This document shows, piece by piece, positions 43,448 through 53,275 of a stretch of DNA of 64,000 bases. The notes under the pieces are model-generated. The model made no database searches, was not told where the DNA came from, and saw nothing but the letters and a program-made list of their open reading frames with translations. The DNA is from Burkholderiales bacterium (GTDB lineage: Bacteria > Pseudomonadota > Gammaproteobacteria > Burkholderiales > Burkholderiaceae_C). The position numbers and the translations under genes are program-made. The stretch covers positions 830 to 64,829 of the forward strand of contig CANBSV010000004.1 in NCBI GenBank assembly GCA_947372225.1. Reading direction: 5' to 3'. Every line of letters begins with the position of its first letter. Position 1 is the stretch's first letter.

Positions 43448-44815
43448 TCAGGGCCGCGGCGGCAGCACGGAAGCGCCGCTCGACACACCCTGCGAATTCC
43501 CGGCAGACGGGGGGTAAAGCCGCTGATCCTCGGACTGGACCTCGGCACTGCGGGTGAAGCGCAGGTGCGTGATGTCCGACGGGAAAAACATGCCCCAGCC
43601 CCACTCGAAGAAGATGCGCAGCCGCCGCCCGGTCGAGGGCATCTGCGAGAGGTAGTACGCCCGCCACACCAGCCAGGCCAGCCAGCCTGTGAGCGGCACC
43701 CCGTAGACCTCGGCCACGCCCTTGAGGTGACCGATCGAAGCCATGGCGCCGCGCGAGCGGTAACGAAACGGCGTGGTCGCGCGGCCGCTCATGGAGCGAA
43801 TCAGGTTGCCCGCCAGGTGCCGCGCCTGGCGCACCGCAAACTGCGCCGTGGGTGGCGAGGTGCTGCCATCGAGCGCGTTGGGCACCGCGGCGCAGTCGCC
43901 GAGCGCCCAAAGACCCGGAAAGTCAGGCACCGACAGATCGCCGTTGACCACGATGCGGCCTTGAACACACGCGACGCCAATGCGCTCGAGCAGCGGATTG
44001 GCCGACGTGCCGATGGTGCCCAGCACGGTGTGGCCGGCCACCAGTTCGCCGTCTTTCAGATGCACCCCGGCGGCCGAAACCGACGCCGCCACGGTGTCCA
44101 GACGAACCGTCACCCCGCGTTGACGCAGGGAGTCCAGCGCGGCGGCGCCCAGCCGCGCCGACAGTTCGGGCAGCAGCCTGGACATGCCGTGCAGCACGGT
44201 GACCTTGAGCTCCTCGGGCGCCACCCGTGGGTAGTAGTGGCGGATGTCGCTCAGGCAGTCGATCAGTTCGCCCGCGACCTCGACGCCCGAGAAACCACCG
44301 CCGACGATGATGAAGTGGCCGAGATGCCGACGCAGTTCGGGATCGGACTCGAGCTCAATGCACGCCAGCCGGCGCAGCACCGTATTGCGGATGTGCATGG
44401 CATCGCCCACCGTCTTGAGCGGCAGGGCATGCTCGGCCATGCCGGGCATCAGGTCGAGCCGCGCACGGTTGCCCAGCGCGAAGACCAGGTGGTCGTACGG
44501 CAGCGTCATCTCGCCATTGAGCGCTTGCATCTTGAGCTGCCGCGCCTGGGTGTCGACGGATGCCACCGAGCCCATGATGAAGCGCTGCGAGACACCTTGC
44601 CGCAGCATCTCGCGCACCGGAACCACGATGTGCTCCGGGAACACCGACGCACCCACCGCCTCGGGCAGCATCGGGTTGAAGGTGGTGTAGCTGTTTTCGG
44701 AAACCAGCGTGAGCAAACAACCGGCAGGCAGCTGCCCGCTCAGCGTCCGAGCCAGGTTGGTGCCGGCAAAGCCGGCGCCAACAACGACGATACGGGTCGA
44801 AACGGACGTGTCCAT
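43448..44815 (-). CDS. ndh: Type II NADH dehydrogenase (NDH-2)-family FAD oxidoreductase
   Basis: Start MDTSVSTRIVVVGAGFAGTNLA. Second dinucleotide fold IIVGGGFSGVEVAGEL, then ALGDCA. Confidence 0.8.
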   Translation of the reverse strand: MDTSVSTRIVVVGAGFAGTNLARTLSGQLPAGCLLTLVSENSYTTFNPMLPEAVGASVFPEHIVVPVREMLRQGVSQRFIMGSVASVDTQARQLKMQALNGEMTLPYDHLVFALGNRARLDLMPGMAEHALPLKTVGDAMHIRNTVLRRLACIELESDPELRRHLGHFIIVGGGFSGVEVAGELIDCLSDIRHYYPRVAPEELKVTVLHGMSRLLPELSARLGAAALDSLRQRGVTVRLDTVAASVSAAGVHLKDGELVAGHTVLGTIGTSANPLLERIGVACVQGRIVVNGDLSVPDFPGLWALGDCAAVPNALDGSTSPPTAQFAVRQARHLAGNLIRSMSGRATTPFRYRSRGAMASIGHLKGVAEVYGVPLTGWLAWLVWRAYYLSQMPSTGRRLRIFFEWGWGMFFPSDITHLRFTRSAEVQSEDQRLYPPSAGNSQGVSSGASVLPPRP

Positions 44816-44881
44816 ACTGCAACTCACCCAAAGCCTGGGGCAGCCCATGCACGAATCGTGCGCGGGCTGTGACCGTACCGC

Positions 44882-46489
44882 TCAGATCTCTTCGTACAAC
44901 GGCAGCGTCAGGAACTCTTCGAACGCGTCCTGAGTGCTCATCTTGGTGAAGATCTCGGCGGCGCGATCGAACTTGCCCTCGAAGCCACCGGCCTTGATCT
45001 TGGCGAGCTCTTCGGGCACCAGCGAGCGCACCAGCTCGGCGGTGACCTTGCGACCGTCCTCGAGCACGCCCTTGGGTGTGCGGATCCACTGCCACACCTG
45101 CGATCGGCTGATCTCGGCCGTGGCGGCGTCTTCCATCAGGTTGTGGATCGGCACGCAGCCGTTGCCCGCCAGCCAGGCGCCCAGGTAATGGATGCCCACG
45201 TTGATGTTCATGCGCAGGCCGGCTTCGGTGATGGGCGCTTCCGGCTGGAAGTTCAGCAGGTCGGCGCCGGTCACGTTGACTTCAGGCTTTTGCTTGTCGA
45301 ACTGGTTCGGTCGATCGCCGAGCACCTCGACGAATTCCTTCATCGACGCTTCGACCAGCCCCGGGTGCGCGACCCAGCCGCCGTCGTAGCCGTCGGTGGC
45401 ATCGCGGCGCTTGTCGGCAATGATGCCGGCCATGGCCAGGTCGTTCTTGACCGGGTCGTTCTTGATCGGGATCAGCGCGCTCATGCCGCCAATCGCCGGC
45501 GCACCGCGCTTGTGGCAGGTCTTGAGCAGCAGCAGAGCATATGCACGCATGAACGGCGCGGTCATCGTGACCTTGGCGCGGTCGGCCAGGCAGAACTCGC
45601 GGTCGAGCTTGAATTTCTTGATGCAGCTGAAGATGTAGTCCCAGCGGCCGGCATTCAGGCCGGCGCTGTGCTCGCGCAGTTCGTAGAGGATCTCTTCCAT
45701 CTCGAACGCGGCCAGGATGGTTTCGATCAGCACCGTCGCCTTGATCGTGCCCTGTGGCAGACCCAGCTCGTTTTGCGTCATCACGAACACGTCATTCCAC
45801 AGGCGCGCCTCAAGGTGACTTTCCATCTTCGGCAAATAGAAATACGGTCCGGCGCCACGGGCGAGTTGCTCCTTGGCGTTGTGGAACATGAACAGCGCGA
45901 AGTCGAAGATGCCCCCGTGCACGCGCTGGCCGTCGACCAAGACGTGCTTTTCATCGAGGTGCCAACCGCGCGGACGCACCTGCAGCGTGGCGATCTTGTC
46001 GTTGAGCTTGTACAGCTTGCCCTTGGACTCGTGAGTCAGCGTGCGGCGAATGGCTTGGCCGAGGTTGATCTGGCCTTGAATCTGGTTCGTCCACAGCGGC
46101 GAATTGCTGTCTTCGAAGTCGGTCATGTAGCTGTCGGCGCCGGAATTGAAGGCGTTGATGATCATCTTGGCCTCGACAGGCCCGGTGATCTCGACACGAC
46201 GGCACTGCAGTGCGGCCGGGACCGGCGCGACCTTCCAGTCACCTTCGCGAATCGACTTGGTCTCGGGCAGAAAGTCGGGGCGCTCGCCCGCGTCAAGGCG
46301 CTTCGTGCGCTCGACACGCGCGGCCAGCAACTGCTGACGGCGTGGCTCGAACGCACGGTGCAGCTTGGCCACCAGTTCGAGCGCCGGCAACGTCAGGATC
46401 GTCTCGAATCCGGGAAGCATCGGCGCATTGATCTGCATGCCCGCAGGCAGACTCAGCGATCCGGACGGTTTCGACGGGTGGCTCATCAC
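44882..46489 (-). CDS. aceB: Malate synthase A
   Basis: RRVEITGP, MTDFEDS, YFYLPKMESHLEARLWNDVF, LIETILAAFEMEEILYELREH, GLNAGRWDYIFS. Confidence 0.95.
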   Translation of the reverse strand: MMSHPSKPSGSLSLPAGMQINAPMLPGFETILTLPALELVAKLHRAFEPRRQQLLAARVERTKRLDAGERPDFLPETKSIREGDWKVAPVPAALQCRRVEITGPVEAKMIINAFNSGADSYMTDFEDSNSPLWTNQIQGQINLGQAIRRTLTHESKGKLYKLNDKIATLQVRPRGWHLDEKHVLVDGQRVHGGIFDFALFMFHNAKEQLARGAGPYFYLPKMESHLEARLWNDVFVMTQNELGLPQGTIKATVLIETILAAFEMEEILYELREHSAGLNAGRWDYIFSCIKKFKLDREFCLADRAKVTMTAPFMRAYALLLLKTCHKRGAPAIGGMSALIPIKNDPVKNDLAMAGIIADKRRDATDGYDGGWVAHPGLVEASMKEFVEVLGDRPNQFDKQKPEVNVTGADLLNFQPEAPITEAGLRMNINVGIHYLGAWLAGNGCVPIHNLMEDAATAEISRSQVWQWIRTPKGVLEDGRKVTAELVRSLVPEELAKIKAGGFEGKFDRAAEIFTKMSTQDAFEEFLTLPLYEEI

Positions 46490-46613
46490 AAAAACTCCTT
46501 CAAGGTTTCAAGAAATAGGGCCCCTGGCGCGGGCTGCGGCCCGAGCGCTCTGATGACGGGGCGGGTCCCGGGCGAGGGCGACCCACGAGGAGCGCCAGCC
46601 CGGGAGGTGGGGA

Positions 46614-46901
46614 TCAGGCGGACAGACAGGTCTTCATGAACGCTTTGCGCTCGTCGCCCTTCTTGCCCTTGGCCTCGGCATTGCAGGTCTTCATCTTGTC
46701 TTGCTGCGTCGGCTTCTTGGCGGACAGGCACTCCTTCATGAAGGCCTTGCGTTCGTCGCCCTTCTTGTCAGCAGCGTCTGCGTTGCAGGTGGCCATCTTG
46801 CTTTGCTGCTTGGTCAGCGGCGCGCTCGCGGCATCGGCGGCCCAGGCAGGCAGGGACAGGCAGCCCAGGCACAGGGCAATCACGCTCAGGAGTGTTTTCA
46901 T
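46614..46901 (-). CDS. psiF: PsiF-repeat protein (phosphate-starvation-inducible family), secreted
   Basis: Signal peptide MKTLLSVIALCLGCLSLPAWA, then two copies of K-M-x-TCNA-x5-KKGDERKAFMK-x-CLSA. Confidence 0.8.
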   Translation of the reverse strand: MKTLLSVIALCLGCLSLPAWAADAASAPLTKQQSKMATCNADAADKKGDERKAFMKECLSAKKPTQQDKMKTCNAEAKGKKGDERKAFMKTCLSA

Positions 46902-47003
46902 CGAAGGTCCTTGTGGTGGTGACAAGCGGCACGCGAACACGCGCCAACAAGGATTGGATCACGCTGCGGCGCGCGCCCGCAAGGCGCACGGCAACTCACC
47001 CCA

Positions 47004-48392
47004 TCAAAGGATGCGCCGCGGATGCGCCAGTCGTTCGTGAGCCGCATGCAACCGGCGTACCAGCACGCGGATGAAGGCCTCGTCGAACAGGTGCCGACAC
47101 CCCACGCTGAGCTGCGCGAGCGTCTCCGGCACAAACGAGATCGTGGTCGCCAGTTCGGTGACCATGACGTCGGCGCTGTGGGTACCGAGCTCGGGGCTCG
47201 GCGCGAGGTAGGCCATTTCGCCCACCGAGGTGCCCGCGCCAAGGTCGGCGACCTTCTCGCCGTCACGAAACACCGCCACCGACCCTTGCGCCATGATGTG
47301 AAACGCCTTGCCCTGGTCGCCCTTGCGGTACAGCGCGTGGCCGAGCGGAAAGCGTCGCCACTTGGCCCGGTGCACCACCTCCCAAAGCTCGACATCGCCG
47401 AAACTGGTGAAGAACTCCAGCTTGCGCAGCAGGTTGAAACGCTCCGAATCGAGCACGCCTTGCAGCTGTCCACGGGGCACTTCCTGCCCGGAGATCAAAG
47501 CTGACAGTGCCTGCGCGAACGCGTCCCAATCGGCGTAGCGGTCTTGCGGGGACTTGGCCAGTGCGCGTTGAATCACCGCATCGAGCGCCGGTCCCACGCC
47601 CTCACGCATGCCGACCAGGGATGCGGGTGTCGCGTGATAGATCTGGTGCATCAGAGCCGACTGGATCTGCGCGTCGAACGCAGGTCGGCCTGCCACCATG
47701 TGGTACAGCACCGCGCCCAGCGAATACATGTCAGCCCGGCTGTCGAGCGCGCTGCCATCAAGTTGCTCGGGCGACATGTAGGCCAGTGAGCCCACACGGT
47801 AAACCTGCGTCACGTCCGAATCGAGGTTGAGCACACTGCCAAAGTCGCTGATCTTCACGTCAGTGATGGCGCCGTTGTTGAGCACCGTCAGCAAATTGGC
47901 CGGCTTGACGTCGCGGTGGATCAGGCCCTGCCGGTAGACATACCCCAGGGCCATCGCGCATTTGAAGCCGATTTCAACGATCTGCTCGAGCGGCAGCAAT
48001 TGATCGGCGCGGCAGTACGGCCGCAAGGTGCCGCCGGGCACGTACTCCATCACCAGGTACTGACACGACGGTTCGAGCACCGCGTCATAGATCTTGACCA
48101 CGTTGGGGTGTTGCAAGCGCCCCACCAGGGCGGCTTCGGCGGCGAAGAAGCGGTCGCTGTAGCGCACCGCAGCCTCGTCGTCTCCGGCCACGTAGCGCAC
48201 CCGCTTGATGGCCACGTCGCGGTCTTGAAACTCGTCACGGCACAAAAAGACATCGCTGGTGGCGCCTTCGCCGAGCTTGCGCAGCACCGGGTACTTGCCG
48301 ATCTTGTCGGGCAGCGCGCTGCCTTCCGACGCTTCGGGTGCGAGGTCGATGGAGCTGTCGACGGCAGGACTGTCGGTCGGGTTCTGTGCCAT
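47004..48392 (-). CDS. Hanks-type Ser/Thr protein kinase fused to a C-terminal cyclic-nucleotide-binding-like domain
   Basis: Start MAQNPTDS at 48392. Kinase motifs: LGEGATSDV, VAIKRV, HRDVKPANLL, DFG, YMSPEQ. The C-terminal beta-barrel is cNMP-like: FFTSFGDVELWEV...ALYRKGDQG..FHIMAQGSV...GEMAYL. Confidence 0.85.
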   Translation of the reverse strand: MAQNPTDSPAVDSSIDLAPEASEGSALPDKIGKYPVLRKLGEGATSDVFLCRDEFQDRDVAIKRVRYVAGDDEAAVRYSDRFFAAEAALVGRLQHPNVVKIYDAVLEPSCQYLVMEYVPGGTLRPYCRADQLLPLEQIVEIGFKCAMALGYVYRQGLIHRDVKPANLLTVLNNGAITDVKISDFGSVLNLDSDVTQVYRVGSLAYMSPEQLDGSALDSRADMYSLGAVLYHMVAGRPAFDAQIQSALMHQIYHATPASLVGMREGVGPALDAVIQRALAKSPQDRYADWDAFAQALSALISGQEVPRGQLQGVLDSERFNLLRKLEFFTSFGDVELWEVVHRAKWRRFPLGHALYRKGDQGKAFHIMAQGSVAVFRDGEKVADLGAGTSVGEMAYLAPSPELGTHSADVMVTELATTISFVPETLAQLSVGCRHLFDEAFIRVLVRRLHAAHERLAHPRRIL

Positions 48393-48613
48393 GGGTCGGG
48401 CTGAAATCACGGGCAAGGCGCAGGCCGCTCCGCCCGTTGTGTTCAATGGCCGCACTGCGGGCTCACGCACTGCGCGCTCTGGGCGATATTGCCCCGCCAG
48501 ACTTTGCCGAATAGCCGGAACAAGCGGCCAAAGACCCGCCAAACCGCGGTACAGGGCGCTTCGCCACGGGCATGCGGGGCGGCTGGACACAGGCCGAAAC
48601 GTAGAATCTGTGC

Positions 48614-50311
48614 ATGATTGAAGCGAAGCAAGACCTGCTGAAGGCCCTCGCCTCAGCCATCCTGGAAGTCAGCCCCGCCAGCACGTTGCAGGCCGCTTTC
48701 GAGTCCCCCAAACTGGCCGCCCACGGCGACCTGGCGTGCACCTCGGCGATGCAACTGGCCAAGCCGCTCAAGAAAAACCCGCGCGAAGTCGCGCAAGCCC
48801 TGATCGAAGCGCTGGAGCGCGATCCGGCCGTGCGCAGCCACGTCGAATCGTTCGAGATCGCGGGCCCGGGATTCATCAACCTGCGCCTGCGCGCTGCCGC
48901 CCGACAAGCCATCGTGCGCGAGGTACTCGCCGCCGCTGAAGGCTTCGGGCGACGCGCACCGAACGGTCGCCAGGTGCTCGTCGAGTTCGTCTCGGCCAAC
49001 CCGACCGGGCCTCTGCACGTGGGCCATGGCCGTCAGGCCGCACTGGGCGATGCCATTTGCAACCTGTTCGAGACGCAGGGCTGGTCGGTGTGGCGCGAGT
49101 TCTATTACAACGACGCCGGCGTGCAGATCGCCACGCTGACGGCCTCGACCCTGGCGCGTCTCAACGGCCTCAAGCCGGGCGACGAGAAGTGGCCTGAGTC
49201 GGCCTACAACGGCGACTACATCGCCGACATCGCCGCAGGCTTCACTGCCAGGCAAACGGTGAAGGCCGATGACCGGGAGTTCACCGCATCGGGCGATATC
49301 GTGGACGTGGAGGGCATCCGCCAATTCGCAGTCGCCTACCTGCGCCACGAACAGGACCTGGACCTGCAGGCTTTCGGCGTGCGCTTCGACCACTACTTCC
49401 TGGAGTCGAGCCTGTACTCGAGCGGACAGGTCGAGGCCACCGTGTCGCGCCTTGTGGCAGCCGGCAAGACCTACGAGCAAGATGGCGCGCTGTGGCTGCG
49501 CAGCACCGACTACGGCGACGACAAGGATCGCGTGATGCGCAAGTCGGGCACCACCGGCGACGAGTCTCAGTACACCTACTTCGTGCCCGATGTGGCGTAC
49601 CACATCAACAAGTTCTCGCGCGGCTACACCAAGGCGATCAACATCCAGGGCGGCGACCACCACGGCACCATCGCCCGGGTGCGCGCCGGATTGCAGGCGT
49701 CGGGGGTGGGCATCACGCCGGGCTATCCCGACTACGTGCTGCACAAGATGGTCACCGTGATGCGCGGCGGCGAGGAGGTCAAGATCTCCAAGCGCGCTGG
49801 CTCCTACGTGACGCTGCGCGACCTCATCGACTGGACCAGCCGCGACGCGGTGCGCTTCTTCCTGATCAGCCGCAAGGCCGACACCGAGTTCACCTTCGAC
49901 GTCGATCTGGCACTCAAGCAAAACGACGAGAACCCGGTGTTCTACGTGCAATACGCGCACGCACGCATCTGCTCGGTGATCCAGCAGTACGTCGACAAGG
50001 GCGGCAACGCGGCAGGCCTCGAGAGCGCCGACCTGTCGGTGCTGAATGCGCCGACCGAAACCGCCTTGATGCAGCGCCTGGCCGACTACCCGGCGATGCT
50101 GTCGAGCGCGGCTGAAACGTTGGCGCCGCACGACCTGACCTTCTATTTGCGTGATGTGGCCAGCGCGTTCCACAGCTATTACGCCGCAGAGCGCTTCCTT
50201 GTCGACGACGATGCCGTGGCCCGCGCCCGGCTGGCACTGCTCAGCGCCACCCGCCAGGTGATCCGCAATGCGCTGGCGGTACTCGGCGTGAGCGCTCCCG
50301 AGAAAATGTGA
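48614..50311 (+). CDS. argS: Arginine--tRNA ligase
   Basis: [14 protein letters not shown] (HIGH) and a KMSK-like region (ISKRAG). Length and overall layout are typical. Confidence 0.95.
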   Translation: MIEAKQDLLKALASAILEVSPASTLQAAFESPKLAAHGDLACTSAMQLAKPLKKNPREVAQALIEALERDPAVRSHVESFEIAGPGFINLRLRAAARQAIVREVLAAAEGFGRRAPNGRQVLVEFVSANPTGPLHVGHGRQAALGDAICNLFETQGWSVWREFYYNDAGVQIATLTASTLARLNGLKPGDEKWPESAYNGDYIADIAAGFTARQTVKADDREFTASGDIVDVEGIRQFAVAYLRHEQDLDLQAFGVRFDHYFLESSLYSSGQVEATVSRLVAAGKTYEQDGALWLRSTDYGDDKDRVMRKSGTTGDESQYTYFVPDVAYHINKFSRGYTKAINIQGGDHHGTIARVRAGLQASGVGITPGYPDYVLHKMVTVMRGGEEVKISKRAGSYVTLRDLIDWTSRDAVRFFLISRKADTEFTFDVDLALKQNDENPVFYVQYAHARICSVIQQYVDKGGNAAGLESADLSVLNAPTETALMQRLADYPAMLSSAAETLAPHDLTFYLRDVASAFHSYYAAERFLVDDDAVARARLALLSATRQVIRNALAVLGVSAPEKM

Positions 50312-50967
50312 GGTCCACCCCCATGCGTAGCCCCCTGCACCCCGCTGCACCCCGCTCCCGCCAGCGCGGCGGCTTTCTGGCCGGTCTCATCGTCGGCTTG
50401 CTGGTCGGGCTGGCGCTTGCCTTGGGCGTGGCGCTGTACGTGACCAAGGTCCCGGTGCCTTTCCTCGACAAGGTGCCGCAGCGCACCGCCGAGCAGGATT
50501 CGGCCGAGCGCGAGAAGAACAAGAACTGGGAGCCCAATGCCCCGCTGGCTGGCAAGAATCCCGCGCGCCCCGTCGCGGTCGGCTCGGCTCCCAGCGAGCC
50601 CGTCTCACCAGCGCCCGGCGAACGCGACCCGGCGAGCATCCTGGCCGATCGCCCGGTCGGGCCGACGCCCACGCCGGCAACCTCAGGAAAAACGGCCGCG
50701 ACCGCCTCAACCACCAAGAGTGGTGAGGAGGCTTACGTCTTCTTCGTGCAAACCGGTGCGTACTCCAGCGTCGACGATGCCGAAGGACAGCGCGGCAAGC
50801 TGGCGCTGCTCGGATACACGGCACGAATCGTCGAGCGCGAACAATCAGGTCGCACCGTGCATCGCGTGCGCCTGGGGCCGTTCGAGGAGAAGGCCGAAGC
50901 CGACGACGTCAAGTCCAAGGTGACGGCCGCCGGATTCGAAGGTGCCTTGGTTCGTGCCCCGAGGTGA
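50308..50967 (+). CDS. SPOR-domain cell-division/peptidoglycan-binding protein
   Basis: One TM segment ([25 protein letters not shown]), a Pro-rich linker and a C-terminal SPOR domain ([14 protein letters not shown]...HRVRLGPF...). The start is GTG 50308 or ATG 50323. Confidence 0.8.
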   Translation: MRSTPMRSPLHPAAPRSRQRGGFLAGLIVGLLVGLALALGVALYVTKVPVPFLDKVPQRTAEQDSAEREKNKNWEPNAPLAGKNPARPVAVGSAPSEPVSPAPGERDPASILADRPVGPTPTPATSGKTAATASTTKSGEEAYVFFVQTGAYSSVDDAEGQRGKLALLGYTARIVEREQSGRTVHRVRLGPFEEKAEADDVKSKVTAAGFEGALVRAPR

Positions 50968-51098
50968 GCCGCAAATCTCTTCGTGATGCTGCCGAGCGAA
51001 CTTTCAGCGGCAAGGCACACTCACTTCACCAAGCGCCATTGCCCTGCACTGCCGATTCGACCCACCGGCGCCATGCCACGACCGAGGAACCGAACACC

Positions 51099-51749
51099 AT
51101 GAAACGACGCGAGTTTTCACGCCACCTGCTGGCCACCGCGGCCGGCGCGAGCACCCTGCTGACGGCAGGGCACGTTCATGCGCAGGGCGATCCCGTCGAG
51201 GGCACGAACTACATCAAGCTGAGCCAGCCGAACGCCGTGCCCCCCGGCAAGATCGAGGTGGTCGAGTTTTTTTGGTACGGCTGCCCGCACTGCCACGCCT
51301 TCGAGCCCGCGCTGGATGCGTGGCAAAAGAAGTTGCCGGGCGATGTGGCGTTTCGCCGCGTTCCGGTGGTATTTCGCGACGAGCCCTTCACCACGCATCA
51401 GCGAATCTTCTTCGCGCTTGAGGCCATGGACCTGGTTGACGCCATGCACCGCAAGGTCTTCAACGCCATCCACCTTGACCACGCCAAGCTCGACAAGCTG
51501 CCAGAGATCGTCGCTTTCATGGGCAAGAACGGCGTCGACACCGCCAAATTCACAGAGTTGTTCAATTCGTTCTCGGTGCAAACCAAGACCCGTCAAGCCA
51601 AGCAACTGGCTGAGTCCTATCGCATCGATGGCGTACCGGCCATCGGGGTCCAGGGTCGTTACTTCACGTCGGTGTCGCTGGCCGGATCGCCCGAACGGGC
51701 GCTGAGCGTGGCCGACTACCTGATCCGGCGCGCACGCAAACCCGGCTGA
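51099..51749 (+). CDS. dsbA: Thiol:disulfide interchange protein DsbA
   Basis: Start MKRREFSRHLLATAAGAS.... Active site FFWYGCPHCHAFEP, and C-terminal GVPAIGVQGRY. Confidence 0.9.
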   Translation: MKRREFSRHLLATAAGASTLLTAGHVHAQGDPVEGTNYIKLSQPNAVPPGKIEVVEFFWYGCPHCHAFEPALDAWQKKLPGDVAFRRVPVVFRDEPFTTHQRIFFALEAMDLVDAMHRKVFNAIHLDHAKLDKLPEIVAFMGKNGVDTAKFTELFNSFSVQTKTRQAKQLAESYRIDGVPAIGVQGRYFTSVSLAGSPERALSVADYLIRRARKPG

Positions 51750-51839
51750 ATCAGCGGCGGAGCGCGCGCCGACATTCGCGCTCCGCCACAGGTCGCGGCA
51801 CGAAGTTGTCGGCTAAAATTTCTGCAAGTTTCGTGCCCC

Positions 51840-52499
51840 ATGAATCATCCCCACACTCAACATCGTCGCCAACCCGTTCGTGCCTTGCATTGGGCCCGGG
51901 TGATTGCACTGGCACTGATCGCCAGTTCAAGCGTTTCGCCGGCTTTTGCCGAACGGGCTGATCGCTCCAGGCCACTGAACGTCGAGGCCGACAACGGCCG
52001 CTACGACGACGCCCAGCAGATGGGTGTGTTCACCGGCAACGTGGTGGTGACCAAGGGCACCTTGACGATGCGCGCCTCCCGCATCGAGGTTCGTCAGTCG
52101 CCCGACGGCTCGCAATTCGGCGTGGCCACCTCTGAAGGCGGCAAACGTGCGCTGTTCAGGCAAAAGCGCGAGGGTCTCGATGAGTACCTCGAAGGCGAAG
52201 CCGAACGCATCGAGTACGACGGCAAGGCCGACCTGATCCGGTTCATCGACCGCGCGGTGATCCGCCGTTATCGCGGATCGGTGCTGGCCGACGAAACTGC
52301 AGGCAGCACGATCATCTATGACAACGTGACCGAGACGGTCAGCGTCGCAGGCGGTTCCACCGCCGCCACACCCAACAACCCGAGCGGCCGCGTGCGCACC
52401 GTGCTCACGCCGCGCGAACAGCCCGTCGTGCCAGACGCCAGCGCTTCGCAGCCTGGCATCACTCTCAAGCCCAGTACCGCGCTGGGAAAAGCCCGTTGA
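51840..52499 (+). CDS. lptA: LPS transport periplasmic protein LptA (OstA-like)
   Basis: Signal peptide and OstA-like beta-jellyroll repeats ([21 protein letters not shown]...). It sits directly upstream of lptB-rpoN. Confidence 0.8.
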   Translation: MNHPHTQHRRQPVRALHWARVIALALIASSSVSPAFAERADRSRPLNVEADNGRYDDAQQMGVFTGNVVVTKGTLTMRASRIEVRQSPDGSQFGVATSEGGKRALFRQKREGLDEYLEGEAERIEYDGKADLIRFIDRAVIRRYRGSVLADETAGSTIIYDNVTETVSVAGGSTAATPNNPSGRVRTVLTPREQPVVPDASASQPGITLKPSTALGKAR

Positions 52500-53266
52500 G
52501 TACCGACCTGGCCAGCGCGCCGGTCGTGCACCGGCTGACGGCCACCGGGCTGAAAAAGCGCTACGGCTCGCGCAAGGTCGTCGAAGACGTGCACCTGTCG
52601 GTCGCAGCCGGCGAGGTGGTCGGGTTGCTCGGCCCGAATGGCGCGGGAAAGACCACCAGCTTCTACATGATCGTGGGTCTGGTGCGTGCGGACGCCGGGG
52701 AGATCACGATCGAAGGAAAGCGCGTTGATCGCCTGCCCATCCACCAGCGCTCGCGCATGGGGCTTTCCTACCTGCCTCAGGAAGCATCGATCTTTCGCAA
52801 GCTCAACGTCGAGGAAAACATCCGTGCGGTGCTCGAGTTGCAGCTCGATGCCGACGGCAAGCCCTTGCGTGCAGCCCGGATCGACGAGCAACTCGAAGCG
52901 CTGCTGCGCGACCTCAGCATCGAAAAGCTGCGCGACTCACCGGCGCCGGCGCTGTCGGGCGGTGAACGCCGCCGCGTCGAGATCGCCCGCGCGCTGGCCA
53001 CCCAGCCGCGCTTCATCCTGCTCGACGAGCCATTTGCCGGCGTCGATCCGATCGCCGTGATCGAGATCCAGCGCATCATCAGTTTCCTCAAGTCCCGCGG
53101 CATCGGCGTGCTGATCACCGATCACAACGTGCGCGAGACGCTGGGCATTTGCGACCGCGCCTACATCATCAGCGAAGGCCGGGTGCTGGCCGAAGGCACA
53201 CCGGCCGAAATCGTGGGCAACGCCGACGTTCGCAAGGTCTACCTCGGCGAAAACTTCCGCATGTAA
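52496..53266 (+). CDS. lptB: LPS export ABC transporter ATPase LptB
   Basis: Walker [10 protein letters not shown], signature [15 protein letters not shown], Walker [16 protein letters not shown] start overlaps the lptA stop (TTGA). Confidence 0.95.
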   Translation: MSTDLASAPVVHRLTATGLKKRYGSRKVVEDVHLSVAAGEVVGLLGPNGAGKTTSFYMIVGLVRADAGEITIEGKRVDRLPIHQRSRMGLSYLPQEASIFRKLNVEENIRAVLELQLDADGKPLRAARIDEQLEALLRDLSIEKLRDSPAPALSGGERRRVEIARALATQPRFILLDEPFAGVDPIAVIEIQRIISFLKSRGIGVLITDHNVRETLGICDRAYIISEGRVLAEGTPAEIVGNADVRKVYLGENFRM

Positions 53267-53275
53267 GGCGCGCCG

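Noticed and set aside
43440-43455. The stop codons of kdoO and ndh abut with zero spacing inside the palindrome cTGATCAg.
   Set aside because: It is real but trivial. It implies no room for terminators between the convergent genes, but nothing further can be inferred.
48584-48616. TAGAAT -10-like hexamer 6 nt before the argS ATG, suggesting a leaderless mRNA, with TGGACA as a possible -35.
   Set aside because: The spacer between TGGACA and TAGAAT is only 12 nt, so the two cannot form one sigma-70 promoter. A lone -10-like hexamer is weak evidence.
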